A stretch of DNA of 59,572 bases, counting the filler, from Basidioascus undulatus (lineage: Eukaryota): the NCBI GenBank assembly GCA_000826855.1. It is 10 parts of 10 records of this genome, joined end to end, with 100 filler letters (N's around TTAATTAATTAA, not from the genome) between each part and the next. Parts side by side here need not be neighbours in the genome. Positions count along the whole stretch, not along the records: positions 1 to 5,895 come from JTLS01001852.1; positions 5,996 to 11,887 come from JTLS01001853.1; 8 more parts are not named here. One strand, 5' to 3'. Made by a program: the position numbers and the translations under genes. Of this stretch, positions 1 to 11,887 are shown one piece after another (positions within the stretch are counted from its first letter, which is position 1; the number at the start of each line of letters is the position of its first letter). Below the pieces are notes generated by a model. The model was not told the DNA's origin, ran no database searches, and was given only the letters and a program-made list of their open reading frames with translations.

Positions 1-111
1 TGTTCTCTTCTCTCCCGTTCCCTCCTCACATTTTCCCCCCCCCCCCTCAAAAAAAAAACCGCTTTCCCCATTTCCTGGATAGTGCTGATGCGGCGTGGGA
101 TCGCGCGACAG

Positions 112-1016
112 GCCCTTAACAAGATCACCCCCGGCGCGTACAAGGTCGACGACCACAAGATCTCTGCGCCCCCGCGCGCGAGCATGAAGGAGTCGATGGA
201 GTCCCTCATCCACCACTTCAAGGTACTTTCCCCAACTCCATCTCCCTCCCTAACCCACGTCCCTTCCTCCCCACCCGACCTTCCTTTCTCCCTCAGCCCC
301 CCACCTTCCTCCCTCTCCCTCCTCCGTCTTCCGCCCGATGGCTGACACCCCCGACAGCTCTTCTCCGAGGGCTACTCCGTCCCGCCCGGTGAAACCTACA
401 GGTGCGTCTTTCAGTGGTATCGCGATGTGAGGGCGGGGCTGATGCTTGGGATGGAATGGTGTGACGTGTGCAGCGCGATCGAGGCCCCCAAGGGCGAGAT
501 GGCCGTGTACCTCGTTTCCGACGGCTCGAACCGGCCGTACAGGTGCAAGATCCGTGCTCGTGCGTATTTTTCCCTTCCTCTCTTCTCCCTCTCTTTCTTC
601 CCGTCTCCCTTCCTCCCCTTTCTCGCCCCCTCGCTTTATCTTTCCTCGAACCTCCTTTCCCGATCCCCGATGCCCGCCCCCGATCCCCGACAGAACTGAT
701 CAGGACGTTGGGTGATGGGACAACAGCCGGCTTCGCTCACCTTGCCGGCGCGGACTTTATCTCCCGGCACCACTTCCTTCCGGACATGGTCGCTATCATC
801 GTGCGTGCTCAACCTCTCGTCTGTCTGGGCACCGAATGAGAACAAGTTACTGACCAATTGACCGACTTTTTCCTTTTCCGCAATCAGGGTACCATGGACC
901 TTGGTACGCCGCCTCCGCCTCCCTCGTCCCCCCTCCCTTCCCTTTCCTTCTCCCCACCCCCCTGACTGACCCACCCCTCTTCGCCCCGAACAGTGTTCGG
1001 CGAGGTCGACCGCTAA
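112..1016 (+). CDS. NDUFS2: NADH:ubiquinone oxidoreductase 49-kDa subunit, 3' part (6 exons: 112-222, 358-401, 474-559, 727-800, 888-903, 994-1016)
   Basis: GT-AG splicing gives [117 protein letters not shown]. This is the hallmark C-terminus of the 49-kDa subunit. Confidence 0.96.
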
Positions 1017-1580
1017 GCGCCTTTTCCCCCGCTGGATTCGATCGACGAGAAGGAAGGAGAAAGAGAGGAAGTGGAAGTGGAGCGGGTACATGGGAGATGG
1101 AAGGAAGAGGATAGGGAGGAGAGGGGGACCTGCATATTTTACGCGCTTTTTTCTTTCTTTCTTTGAGATTCAGATTGAATGATGTACACTTTTTTCTGCT
1201 GTGGCGAAGCGAGGGCAGAAGCGGGAAGTCTGATTGCGCTGTAGTGCTCATGAAGGCGAGCTAAGATGTGCCTGGATGTCAGCTAAGCCGTTGAATTACC
1301 CATGCATTTGCTTCCCCAGACCCCCTCTATCATTCGCAAAGCTAAGCATAGAATCCATGCATTTAGTGGCACAAGGCTGCAAGAAACTTGTCGAGCCAGC
1401 CACGAGCGACAGGACGAAACGCGCTCTCGTCGCGCTGTGTGCTTCTCTCTTCTTCCCACCTTGCCCGTTTTTCGCACAGTGCTCATCGCCTCCATCTGAC
1501 CTCCGAACCTTTTCGGACTGTATGCCTCAGACCCTACAGTTCGATCTTGACAACTCATCGCACCCTCGTGCAGCGCCATC

Positions 1581-4446
1581 ATGGACGCGGACGACTTCTA
1601 CTCGAATCCCCAAAACTTCTTCGGTCTCATGCCTGAGCACATGTGGTCAGAAGGTATCCTCTCGCCCGAGGAAGCCGCCATGGGAGAAGCTGCACCGGAT
1701 ATCCGGAAGCGCTGGGCGAAGGTATCGCTCCACTTATTCTGGCTCTCCCGGGAGGCATGCCTTGCCGCTCGCTGACGGTTGCCGGATCCAATCAGAGAAG
1801 GGCCGAGAAGCGTCGGGAGCTGCTCAGGGAGGCGCTCCCGGACATCCCCAAGGCACATGCTCCGGAGGTCGAGACGCCCGTCAGCGCCCGCGGCAAGGAC
1901 GTGCGGTCGAGCCGGGACCTGTTCCTTCTGCCATTCGCCAACCTCGAGGACCTTTCAGTACAGAACGCTATCAAGTGTAAGATTATCTTTCCAATTTACT
2001 TTGGGCTTGCAGTCGCTCATAAGTCGCTCGTCGCCTCCAGTCCTCACTCTTCTCATCCCCGGGCGTTCAACCCACCCGCCGCCTTCGCCCAGTTCGATCG
2101 GGACACGGTTCAGTCGCTTCTGACGGGCAGTCCTTTTTATTCTGTTCTGAACGCTGACTCTCACTTGGCCTTGGTCAGCTGCACTTCGGCATCGTGTCCG
2201 GCGGCATCAGACGCATCTACGCTCAAGACTGTACAATGCTCTGCTTCGGAGATCGAGAAACCTACGGAAGGTCGTTGGATAGGCCGACGACTTCGAAGGC
2301 GAGGAGGAGAAGTATGCGGATGCGGGTGAGGACGCGGGCGAGGACGAGGTCGGATGCCGTATTTCGAGGCCGCGGAGCAGGGCGACGCTCTGCCGCTTGC
2401 GGACGGCCTCACGGCGCTGGAGGCTCAAACCAAGCTGGTAAGTTGTGTCCTCAAAGTCTCACGCCAATAGGAGTTAGAATCTTCACTCTGACGTTCATCA
2501 TTTCTACCTACCCCTGAGCTCGCTCTGCTTTCGCGCGTCGCAGAGAAGCTCCTCCACGACCAAGACCTCCGGGCGCTCCCCCCATCCTCCGCCACTTCCG
2601 CCCTCGATCCGCCTTTCATTCCCATCGAGCCCTTGCCGGGCTCTGAATGGGGCTCGACCGCGCGGAGGAACGCCCTTCGCCCGTACCTCGAGCCAGCAAG
2701 CTTCTCTTTTTCGGAGCTCGCCGCCACAGCGGAGTCGGGCTATGAGCTCGCCGTCGAGCATCTCATTGCTCTCCGCACCGAGCCGACGTATCTCGCGGAG
2801 CAGCTCTATCTTTAGCTCGCGCATCGCCTCGAGTCGCTCTCCGCTGTCGGGCGTGCCTCGCAGTCGCTCGTGCGTAGTCGAGCGGCCACGTTTCTGCTCA
2901 GGACGCGTATCTGAATTTTGCTGTAAGTCAGCTGGTCCATCGGGTCCTTCGCCTTTTATTTCACTCCTATCTATGCAGTTCTGGCATGCGATCATGGAAG
3001 CTCTCGCAGACGTACCGAGCCTCGAAGGCGCTGTCGGCACCTCCTGCTCGCGCCAAACGTCTGCCTTCGGCATACGAGAATGCTCTGCAGGACCTCTACG
3101 TCATTCTCTTCCGCGCGAGAGAAGACAGCGAGATTCGGTACCTCAAGATCATGTGTTCCTCGCCACCTCTTCCACGGTGTGAGTCATATTCCTTGTCCTT
3201 CCCCCGCCGGACTTTCGTCGTGCGGTCAGTCCTCACATGGCATTCAACTATGCCATAGTCTTCCCAGTCACTTTCGTGACTCGCGCTTCGGCAAGAACAC
3301 TATCGAGGGCATGCGCCTGCTCGACCGCGAGCACGACGAGCTGATGTGAATCTTCACGACGCTTTCGAGCGGTTAGCAGACGCATCTCTGGGAAATCACA
3401 CGTCTCTACGACGCGCTCGATCGATTTTCGTCTGATCCCGCTCAGCGCGCCCGGATCTCGCCACTGCTGTCTCAGATCCTTTTGGCAGCGGGGCACGCTC
3501 AACGACATGCTCGAAACGATGGACGCTCACCGGCCGAAGTTCAGCGCTGAGTCTTTTGACGACATGAACAAGCGTCTCCGGCGCTGGGGTTCGCTCCACA
3601 ACAGGTTCGGGCTTGCGGGCCCGCGGGAGGGAAAGAGATGGATCTCGAGCGCGTGGTGTTTCTGACTTCGACGTTCAGATACCCCAAGGGCGCGCGGACG
3701 GAGCAGTGGGCCCGGGGATGCGAGGCCGTCGACGACGCAGCAACAGCGTTCTGCGCTGCCAAGGAGCGCAAGCTGCGCGAAAACGTGGGCCTTCCGCTGT
3801 TCGAGCTTGTTCAGAGCATCCTGCAGCCTCACATCGGCAAGCAGCATCGTTTGGCTGATCTCAGTGCGCCCTCGCTTCCGTGATTGGGTCTCTTTTTCCT
3901 ACTTGCTCACAACCTCACGCCTCGCTCAAAGCCGCCCGCGAAGCCGGTCCAAAGCTCGCCCGCGGCGCACCTCCCATTCGGCGGCGTCGAGCAGCCCACA
4001 GCGCCCGCTTCGCCCCCACTCGCGCCACCGAAGGTCAAGGTCAAGATGCGCGGCAACGCGGCCGATCCCGTCGAGCCGGAGGCATTGGGATCGGCCGAAT
4101 CGACTACGACCGAGGCCACCACCGTCGCCCCCATTCCCGTTCCCCATCGCGCCTCGAAGACCTTCTCGAAGACCCTCACCCCTGCGGCTGCGGCCCTCAT
4201 CCTCGCCGCCACTCGCGTCTGCCCACGGTGTACGTTCTCTGTCATTCGAGCTGGAGTAATGATCTAATGCGCTGGGGATGTTCTGCAGTACGTCTCGAGC
4301 ATCAACTCTGGTGGTCAGGACGTCACGACGTGGCAGCCCTACCAAGACCCTTACAAGTCACCTGTCCGAACGTCTCACCCGGGCCTACAACTCCAACGGC
4401 CCCATCGAAGACATTTCCTCCGCGGCTATTCGGTGAATGGCGTTGA
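1581..4446 (+). pseudogene. Disrupted conserved fungal hypothetical protein
   Basis: Protein-like blocks (IRKRWAK..RRELLREALPDIPKAH..LLPFANLEDL..RAFNPPAAFAQFD..HLIALRTEPTYLAEQL..FRYPKGART) separated by introns. In-frame stops at 2813-2815, 3347-3349 and 3374-3376, with frameshifts near 2280-2350 and 3630. Confidence 0.6.
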
Positions 4447-5895
4447 TGCTTGGGCGAGCAATGGGCAAAGGGCTGAGTCCGGAATATCTACACAGCTGCA
4501 ACACCGTCCGTGCTTCCATCTATTTGGTAAATGGCGCGGTCAGTCTGATCTTTCTTCCTTTGTAGAACGGCGGCGACGACAACGTCCCTGCCGCCGATCA
4601 CTGCCAGCGTGAAGGCCGGTGATGCCGTTATGTTCCAGTAGGACACTTGGCCTACCAGGTGCTTTTTTTGTCTCGTTATGGAGCAAGACTCAGGGCTGAT
4701 TCGGAACGGGTGAATTCCATAGCCACATCGGCCCGACCATGAGTGCGTTCTATTCCTCCGTTGGGACTGAGGCCTTGCAGACATGTCCACTAAGACCAGG
4801 AGACTTTCATGGCTGCCGCGTGTGCGCTAGATCACGCCTGCAGGGACATCGAGACAGTCTAGTTTTGCATCTCAGCTTGGCTCACTGACTTCTTCGACGA
4901 CCTGTCTCCGGCTCAGCTGTCTCATCGATGGAGCGTCTGGGACGTATTTCGAGACTTCAGGGGAAGGTGAGCAAGCCTATGTTGAAGAGCTTGTAAGCGT
5001 TGGAACGTGAATATCTTGGTTGTACTGCATTGCTTGCAGTTTTCGCAGGACACTTCGTCTGCCTAGGTATCATTCAGACTCAGGCTTCTGTAAGTCTACT
5101 GTATTACAGTGTGTTAAGGAAAATGCATGTATTACTGCAGTAGGGTTAGGATTGGGAGTATAGCAAAGAAACACAAAAGATGCGTTGACGGCACAAGGAG
5201 TAGTGCAACCCAAGGCCATCGCGCCGCTGCCGTGTGCAAGCAGGGACGGCGGCAGCCGCGTTCAAAAATAAAAGATGACAATGATGAGGTCAAGACCTCG
5301 TTCAAGATGTCAAGAGAGCTGGAGGCGCAATGGCGAAGACGGGGGGTGTTGGAACGGGCGAGCATGGCCGTGCGACCGGGGGTTGCGGAAGCAGCCCCGT
5401 GACCAGCTGGAAACCGGTGTAATCCCCATCCATATGGTTCAGCGAGATATTGGGTATCTGGAGGCCGACGCCGCTACAGAAGCTCGTATGAGCCAAGCCG
5501 GCCACGGAGCTGCCATTTAGCGGGGCTCGCAGGACTGGACACGGTTCCAGCATGAAACTCAAATTTCCTCGACCTGCACGCTTCTACCTTCAAAATAAGA
5601 GATTCACAGACTGTATGCTCTTTGATCTTGACGAGCCTTTCGAACACCCTGCGCCTGCGTTCCGCCTGTCGTGCTTTGAAACACTGTCGTTTGTGAGCGA
5701 GTCGGCTGGCCTTCCGCCTTCCGCCATCGGCCATCCGCCATCCTGTAGATTGCTACCCGAATGCATCCTCACCTTGCGAATAGTTTTCAGCCTGCCCCTG
5801 CCTCCCGCGGACCCATCCGCTGTTGTGGTATATTGTCCTCTGAGCTCTATATAAACCGCCCGAGCGGCCTTCCCTCGCTCACCATCATCCATCTC

Positions 5896-5995
5896 NNNNN
5901 NNNNNNNNNNNNNNNNNNNNNNNNNNNNNNNNNNNNNNNTTAATTAATTAANNNNNNNNNNNNNNNNNNNNNNNNNNNNNNNNNNNNNNNNNNNN
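5896..5995. other. Artificial contig linker N44-TTAATTAATTAA-N44; also at 11888-11987, 17874-17973, 23856-23955, 29821-29920, 35784-35883, 41737-41836, 47683-47782, 53629-53728
   Basis: Identical 100-nt spacers with stops in all six frames. Flanking contig lengths decline from 5895 to 5844. Confidence 0.99.
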
Positions 5996-6877
5996 CTGAC
6001 CTGTCCTTCCGAAACAAAGCGGTGTCCTCGACACCACCACCATCGCCCCCGCCTCCAAGGCTTAAATGGCTGATTCGTTCGTGACCGATGGGGGTGCGGT
6101 TAGCGTTCTGCGTCATGTGATTAAAGGGCGGCGAGTCGAGTGAGGGGGAGGAGGAGCGTGTTGTACATCTGGCAAGACTGTGTCTGTGTTTCTTTTTTTT
6201 TCTTTCGCTTCGTCTCATCGCATGCGTTCCTCAGGCATGCGTGGTTCTGTCGTTCTTGTATCTGGAATGAAAAACGCATCAACTGCACATCGCGCGGACA
6301 TGTGCCTCGAGGCGAAGTGCTCAAAGCGCAGTGCTTTCGTTCTGCGCACGTGAAAATTGTATATGGGATGCTTCCATTTCTGTCGTGTTAACCAAAGTGC
6401 GAATTGTAACGGGTATTACGCTGGAAGAGCCTGGTAGACCTCCGGACTTGACAAGCTACAGGAAGTCGGCGAGCTTGCAGACATATCGTTCTCCTGTCGG
6501 AACTTGGGCTTGAACGCTCTAGCGGATGTTGCGGCGGGTATGGCATGCTTTCCCAGCGACACCGCAAGTTGACTCTAACAAGATAGCACGGACGCTCATT
6601 AATGGCGGTTCGAACAGGGACTGCATGAGCAGGAGTTAATGGTCTCTGCGAAGCTGTACGGTACTGCAAGCTCAGTCTGAAAGACTCTCGCGTGCAATGA
6701 CTCGCAGTTAAAGTTGTAAAAGGCTTGGGGCAACTGCGATTTATAATAAGGGCAGTGTTCGTGCATTCCACTCGCGGCCGAGACACATCATAAGAGAACC
6801 ACAGTCCACATTTCACCCAAGATCTATCCACCTGAAAAGAAAAAGGTCCTTGTGACTTTTGGGGGGGTAGGATATCT

Positions 6878-8500
6878 TTAGTGGCTCTGCAGTAATGGCA
6901 TGGTCAGTCGCTCCGCATCGTACGACAGGGAAACTCGAAACGGACACCGCAGTGGATGGTGCCGTCCGCGTGAGTGTCTGAAAGCAGAAGCGGGTCAGTG
7001 ACGCTTATCGATGCTCGACATGTAAGAAGTAAGAGGAACGCACGGCAGTCCGTCTCGATAGGAGTAGAGTCGATAGCGGAGTCCGTAGCGGACGCAGCCT
7101 GAGTTGAAGCCGGCCGGACGGGCGGCGGTGGTAGTCGCCTGGGCAGCAGTGGTAGTCGCCTGGGCGGCGGTAGAGGAGGCAGTCGACGTCGTAGTCTCCT
7201 CCTTCTCCTCGGGCAGGGGCTCGCCGGTGCAGCCCTCCTCTACGAAGTTAACACGCGAGTAGACGTCGATGGTGAAGACTGGATGGATGTAAGAAGACGT
7301 TGTCAGTAGTTGGTAGAGAAGGACTGGCCGTTTGACTCACATTGCAGAGTGTGGGCTGCCCATCCAGAGAGAAACCTCGTCAGCGCCGAAGAAGGCAGTA
7401 AGCCGCAGTACGAGAACGCACTGTTGTAGGGTGCCCAGGTGGCGTTGTTCTTCGCAAGGTCAAGGCTGCAAGGTAATTTGGTAGTGAGAGAAGGCTGAGA
7501 TTCTGAATGGTACGGCCACTGCCACCACTCCTGGTACGTGTCAGCGTAGTGGCTGACCTTCCCGTCGGAGACGACCGGGACGTGCCACAGACGGTGCAGA
7601 AGGTCCTTCGGATGGGGCACATCGATCAGTCATGATTTGATTCCGATGTATGTGAACCAACGCACAGTGCCGAAGAACCACAAAGGGTTATGGATCGCAA
7701 CCTGCTAACCGTTGCGCAGGCTTGGGTGAGGGGCTTGCGGATCTCGTATGAGAGATCGCAACTGTGGTGTAGCACGGTCAACCCAGCCGAAGGCTGATGA
7801 GGAAAGGCCGCGGAGCGTTGTGGTACTCACATGACAGTCTCGCCTGTTAGAGGGTGGAATATATCAGTAAGGGCTGGTGGTCCCTTAAAGGACAAGTGAA
7901 CGAACTGGTAGCGCTGTCATGGGCTGAAGTATCAGTCAGAGGTCGGAATGCTGGGCAAGGAAAACGAGAACGACGAACTTGTTGCCGCGCCAGTGACCAG
8001 CCCAACCGTCGAGACGGCAGTTGCCGTCAATGTTGTCCTGAGAGATGACTTGATTAGAAATGGCCCAGTGTGAAGGCCACTCGAATGGCACGTACGCAGC
8101 GGAAGGCAACGCCCTTCTTGTCGCCGTCGATCAGGTTGGAGTAGACACCGATGGCAATTGCAGGGTCGGCATCATCGAAGTAGGTGGTGTATCTGTGAAT
8201 TACCAAACCCACCAATGCTTAATGCCATACCAAATGCAACCGAAAGGAGTGAGGTACGTACACAATATCAGAGGGGCCACCACGGAGGATCCAGTCACGA
8301 GCTGTCACCGCAAGCGTGCGGGCGTCGTCGAGGCCGGCCTTGATCTGGCGGGTGTTCGAAGCATTGCACGACTCGTGGATGGAAATGTCGCGGGTGTACT
8401 CCGGGATTCCACGGCTGGCAAGGTCCAAATTGAGACGCTGGGCCGGCGCAGCGGAGACGGCGGTCGCAGCGAGTGCGAGGGCGAGGGTCGAGGCAAGCAT
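6878..8500 (-). pseudogene. PRA1: Pra1/Aspf2/Zps1-family secreted zincophore (HRXXH domain), apparently disrupted
   Basis: Signal peptide MLASTLALALAATAVSA; IHESCNAS; FRCDNIDGNC..GWAGHWRGNNATSETVICDLSY; DLLHRLWHVP; Ser/Thr/Ala linker; C-terminal CHTHADGTIHCGSH*. A 1-nt frameshift near 7712-7716 and TAG at 7705-7707 interrupt the frame. Confidence 0.88.
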
Positions 8501-9848
8501 GATGAAGGTCGTCGTTTGTCGTAAGCAGGGGGAGTGTCGTATAAGAGTCGCCGGATGAGTATGCAGCAGGAGCACAGGGAAGAAGACTTGAGTAGTCGTT
8601 CACTCTTTATACTGCACGCAGCGCATCGACTGGTCTATTCGTCGGCCATTCTTTCTCATCCCCATCACTGCTGCACTCCCGTCAGGCTGAACTGGCCCAG
8701 TAGAACTACCCTGCCAAGGCAGACCGTGCCCTGAAAAATAGGATATATTTTAATGGGACCTGTTTCCACCGCCTGCGCACTTCAGCGCCAAGCCGAGGAA
8801 GACACCGGGGTTTATGTTTCCACGACGCAGTAGGACTGTAGAAGAGGGCACTGAGGACCGTTGCGGTGGTGTGGCGGCTGTCAAGTCCGCAAGAGCATGC
8901 GTCTTCGCGAAATTTCTCAGGTTCTTTTCACGAAACATTCAGTGAGGTCTTGTCACTTATGCGCTTACTATGTGTATAGACGTCAGCCATTCAACGAGCG
9001 AGAGGCGAATAGATCCTGAGCTGGAGCAAGATGCAGCCGTGTGCATTCAACGATGGTAAGCAGTACCGACCTGTTGAAGACTACTGAAGAGTTTGGGAAT
9101 TCCGTTCAAAGGGTAAATAGTTTGATACGTCCTTTCCAGTGAGTTTCGTCGTAAGCCTGAGTGCATCGTTCGACATGGTGTACAGCGTGCGAGCTTGCTA
9201 TAAGTTTCTTGGAGCGGGCTTCAATAGGTGGCGGTTGTATATCACTTGGAATTTACCGCCATAACATATGAACATATGCCACTATGTCCTCGAGAGCATA
9301 CCATGGTTTTCATTGTCTGAATGCAAGTATGAGATATCGCCCCCGGGTGACAGAGCAAGTCGCAGTGGCTTTCAACTGGTACGCGGACTTGGGCGTTCAG
9401 ATGGCCTGAGAAAGCCCGAGATGCACTTAAAAATCTCGAACAAGTTGAAAAAGCTGTGGGATGGCCAGACGGAGTGGGTCGGCGTCTCGAGGGGTTGGCA
9501 GAGGGCGCTTCGTCGATGGATTAAGAGCGGCTGGAAAGGGAGGCTTGCCAGGTCAGTCTCCGTCGACCATCCCGAGATTGTCTGTTTAATGAGGCTGTGT
9601 TTTCCCGCAGCCGGACGAATAGGACAAATTTGTATTTCACCATTGAAATCCGTTGCTTGATACGGTTCCAGTCAAATGCGGTGCACCGGCGTCCGCGACT
9701 CTTCCGCGGATTGTGACATCATGTCTCACATCTTTCTGCGGCGCCTTGCCACCTGACCGTCTCCTCCTCCCATCAACATCTCCTAATCCTGTCTCACAAA
9801 TCCACCTACCGAATGCCACAAATCCACGCAACAGCCGAATAGATCATA

Positions 9849-10600
9849 ATGGTTCGCTCATCTGACATCATTCTGATGCTCGTACGTCATTTCATCTCGC
9901 AGCGCCGTCCGTAGCCTTATCATTCCCGTCCTGGTCCCCCTCCCCGCAGGTCGCGATCCTCTTCCCGCCCGCGGCGACCGGTGAGCTTAGCTCCTCTGAT
10001 AACGTGTATGAAGGACACCGGCTGAGCTTGGGGGATGGGACAGCTTTCATCTCCGGTGCGGTTCAATAGGCTGGGTAGGAGGAGAGAGCAGGTTGGGGCT
10101 GACCTTGGAAAGGGGACAAGGGTGCTCGTGTGATCTGGTGCGTCTCTTTTCGTTTCTGATAGGCTAATCGGGTCAAGGAGCTGATCTCGATAGGACCGGC
10201 GCAGCTTATCAACATCGCATTGACCATGTACGTCTCCTACCGCCTGCTCCTCCCCGCATTTGGCTGAACCACTTTCGTCCTCCCAGCCTCGGTTACCTGC
10301 CCGGCCAGTACGGATCTCCAACCCCTACGCCTTTTCACCGCTCTCTTACCAGTTTGAACTGGGACTTTCTCGCAGCGTCCACGCGTTCTGGCTCATCTAC
10401 AAGCGTCTCCAAGCAGAAGAGAAGTTCGGGTACGCGCTACCCTCATCTAGCTACCCTTCCCCCGCATCTTACCCCTTTCCACTCGCAGTTACGGCGGCTT
10501 CCGATACCTTGGCAACGGCGAGTACGAGAGTGTGCAGAACATCCACAACCACGCGCCTGTCGCCCAGCCGCCGGCGTATGGTGCGACGTCGCAGGCATGA
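9849..10600 (+). CDS. Pmp3/Sna-family plasma-membrane proteolipid (~100 aa, 8 exons)
   Basis: Spliced product MVRSSDIILMLVAILFPPAATAFISGCSCDLLINIALTILGYLPGHVHAFWLIYKRLQAEEKFG...QPPAYGATSQA*, with the typical AILFPP/LINI.LT.LGY.PG..HA.W motif. Confidence 0.9.
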
Positions 10601-10938
10601 GCGTCCCGGGGACGGGAGGGACTGGAGGCAGAGAGGATTGTGCTATGGTTGTTTACGGACTTTGATGACATTGATGCGCGTTATGGTCGTTGTGTGGCTC
10701 GGTGAAGAACGTGACCCAGTTTAAGAGCTGCAAGGTGACTTGGAGAAGACGATGGCAGCATCGAGCCGCGCGATGTCATGCAACTCTTGAAGGTACAGGA
10801 TGACTTGGACTTTGCGTTCTGGCAAGATTTCGGATTCGTGCGTTCTCGAATCCCAGTCTGCCGCACCTTGCAGTCGCGCGCAACACGAAATCACAACAAG
10901 CCGTTCCTGCATCGGAATAAACGAAACTCCGCGCCCTA

Positions 10939-11887
10939 TCACACCCCATTCTCCTTCACAGCCGGCGTCTCCCTCCGCTCAAGCGCCTCCGCGCCCTTCT
11001 CCTCCAGCTCCATCTTCATCTCCTCCGCAGCCTTCTCCACCGCGGGCGTCTCCGCCGCCGAGCCCTCCCCAGAAGCAGACACAGCAGCGGCAGCGGCCTT
11101 GCGCACCTCGCGCTCCTGCGCGGCGACTGCCTGCGCACGCCCGGCTTCGGTGATGTCCTCCCCGAAGAGACGGAGGGAGAGGGCACTGGTTGGGGAGGGA
11201 AGGCGTAAGATGAGCTGCAGCGAGGGGAGGGGTTGGGGGAAAAACCTACCTCCGCTCCTTCTTGTCGATCATGAGCGTCATGGAGACCCGGGACTTCCAG
11301 AGCGGGAGGAGGACTGGCTCGCGGAGCCTGCACGAAAATGATGTTGGTGTCAGACCGAGACTGCGAGGTGAAGAAGACGCAAAGCTTAGGGAAGGACTCA
11401 CCCGTTCTCCTCAGACTGCACGTCGAAGAGAGCGACATGCGAGCCCGAGTCTGCGCGGCCCCAGCGCACCATGAACAGTCCACACAAAGAACGCGGGGGT
11501 AGTGGCGGAAAATGATAACGCACCAGCCTCGAGCAGCTTCACGCGCAGCGCGCTGGTCTCCGGGAGGGCCTCGATGAGCGGGCGGTAGTTCTCAACAAAG
11601 AGGCGGAGGTCGGCGAGCGAGCCGTGCATGACGCGCTGCTCGGGGATGTACGACCGGAGGAGGGGCAGACCCTCGCTCGTCACGCGCCACTTGCACTTGA
11701 ACCCGCCCTCGTTCTCCGTAACGGCTGCCTCGGCGCCCTTGCCAACTTCTTGCTTAACGAGCTGTGGGTGGCCGAATGAAATGGAATGAGAGGCTGTTGG
11801 TAAGGGCAAGCGAAGGGAGGGAGAGGGAACTACCGAGCTGGGCTTGCGGTCGGGTAGGATCCGAAGCCGCTCCTCAAGATGGGCGCT
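10939..11887 (-). CDS. NCL1: tRNA (cytosine-5)-methyltransferase Trm4/Ncl1 (NSUN2), 3' part; 5' end beyond contig edge
   Basis: Spliced C-terminus CKWRVTSEGLPLLRSYI...LLPLWKSRVSMTLMIDKKERSALSLRLFGEDIT resembles the fungal Trm4 C-terminal region. Stop at 10939-10941. Confidence 0.75.

Noticed and set aside
2813..3376. Stop-codon reassignment or alternative genetic code
   Set aside because: Both TAG and TGA occur alongside frameshifts. Intact genes have no internal stops and end in standard TAA/TGA.
5940..5951. Regularly spaced TTAATTAATTAA palindromes every ~6 kb
   Set aside because: Synthetic six-frame stop linker embedded in Ns; not biological.
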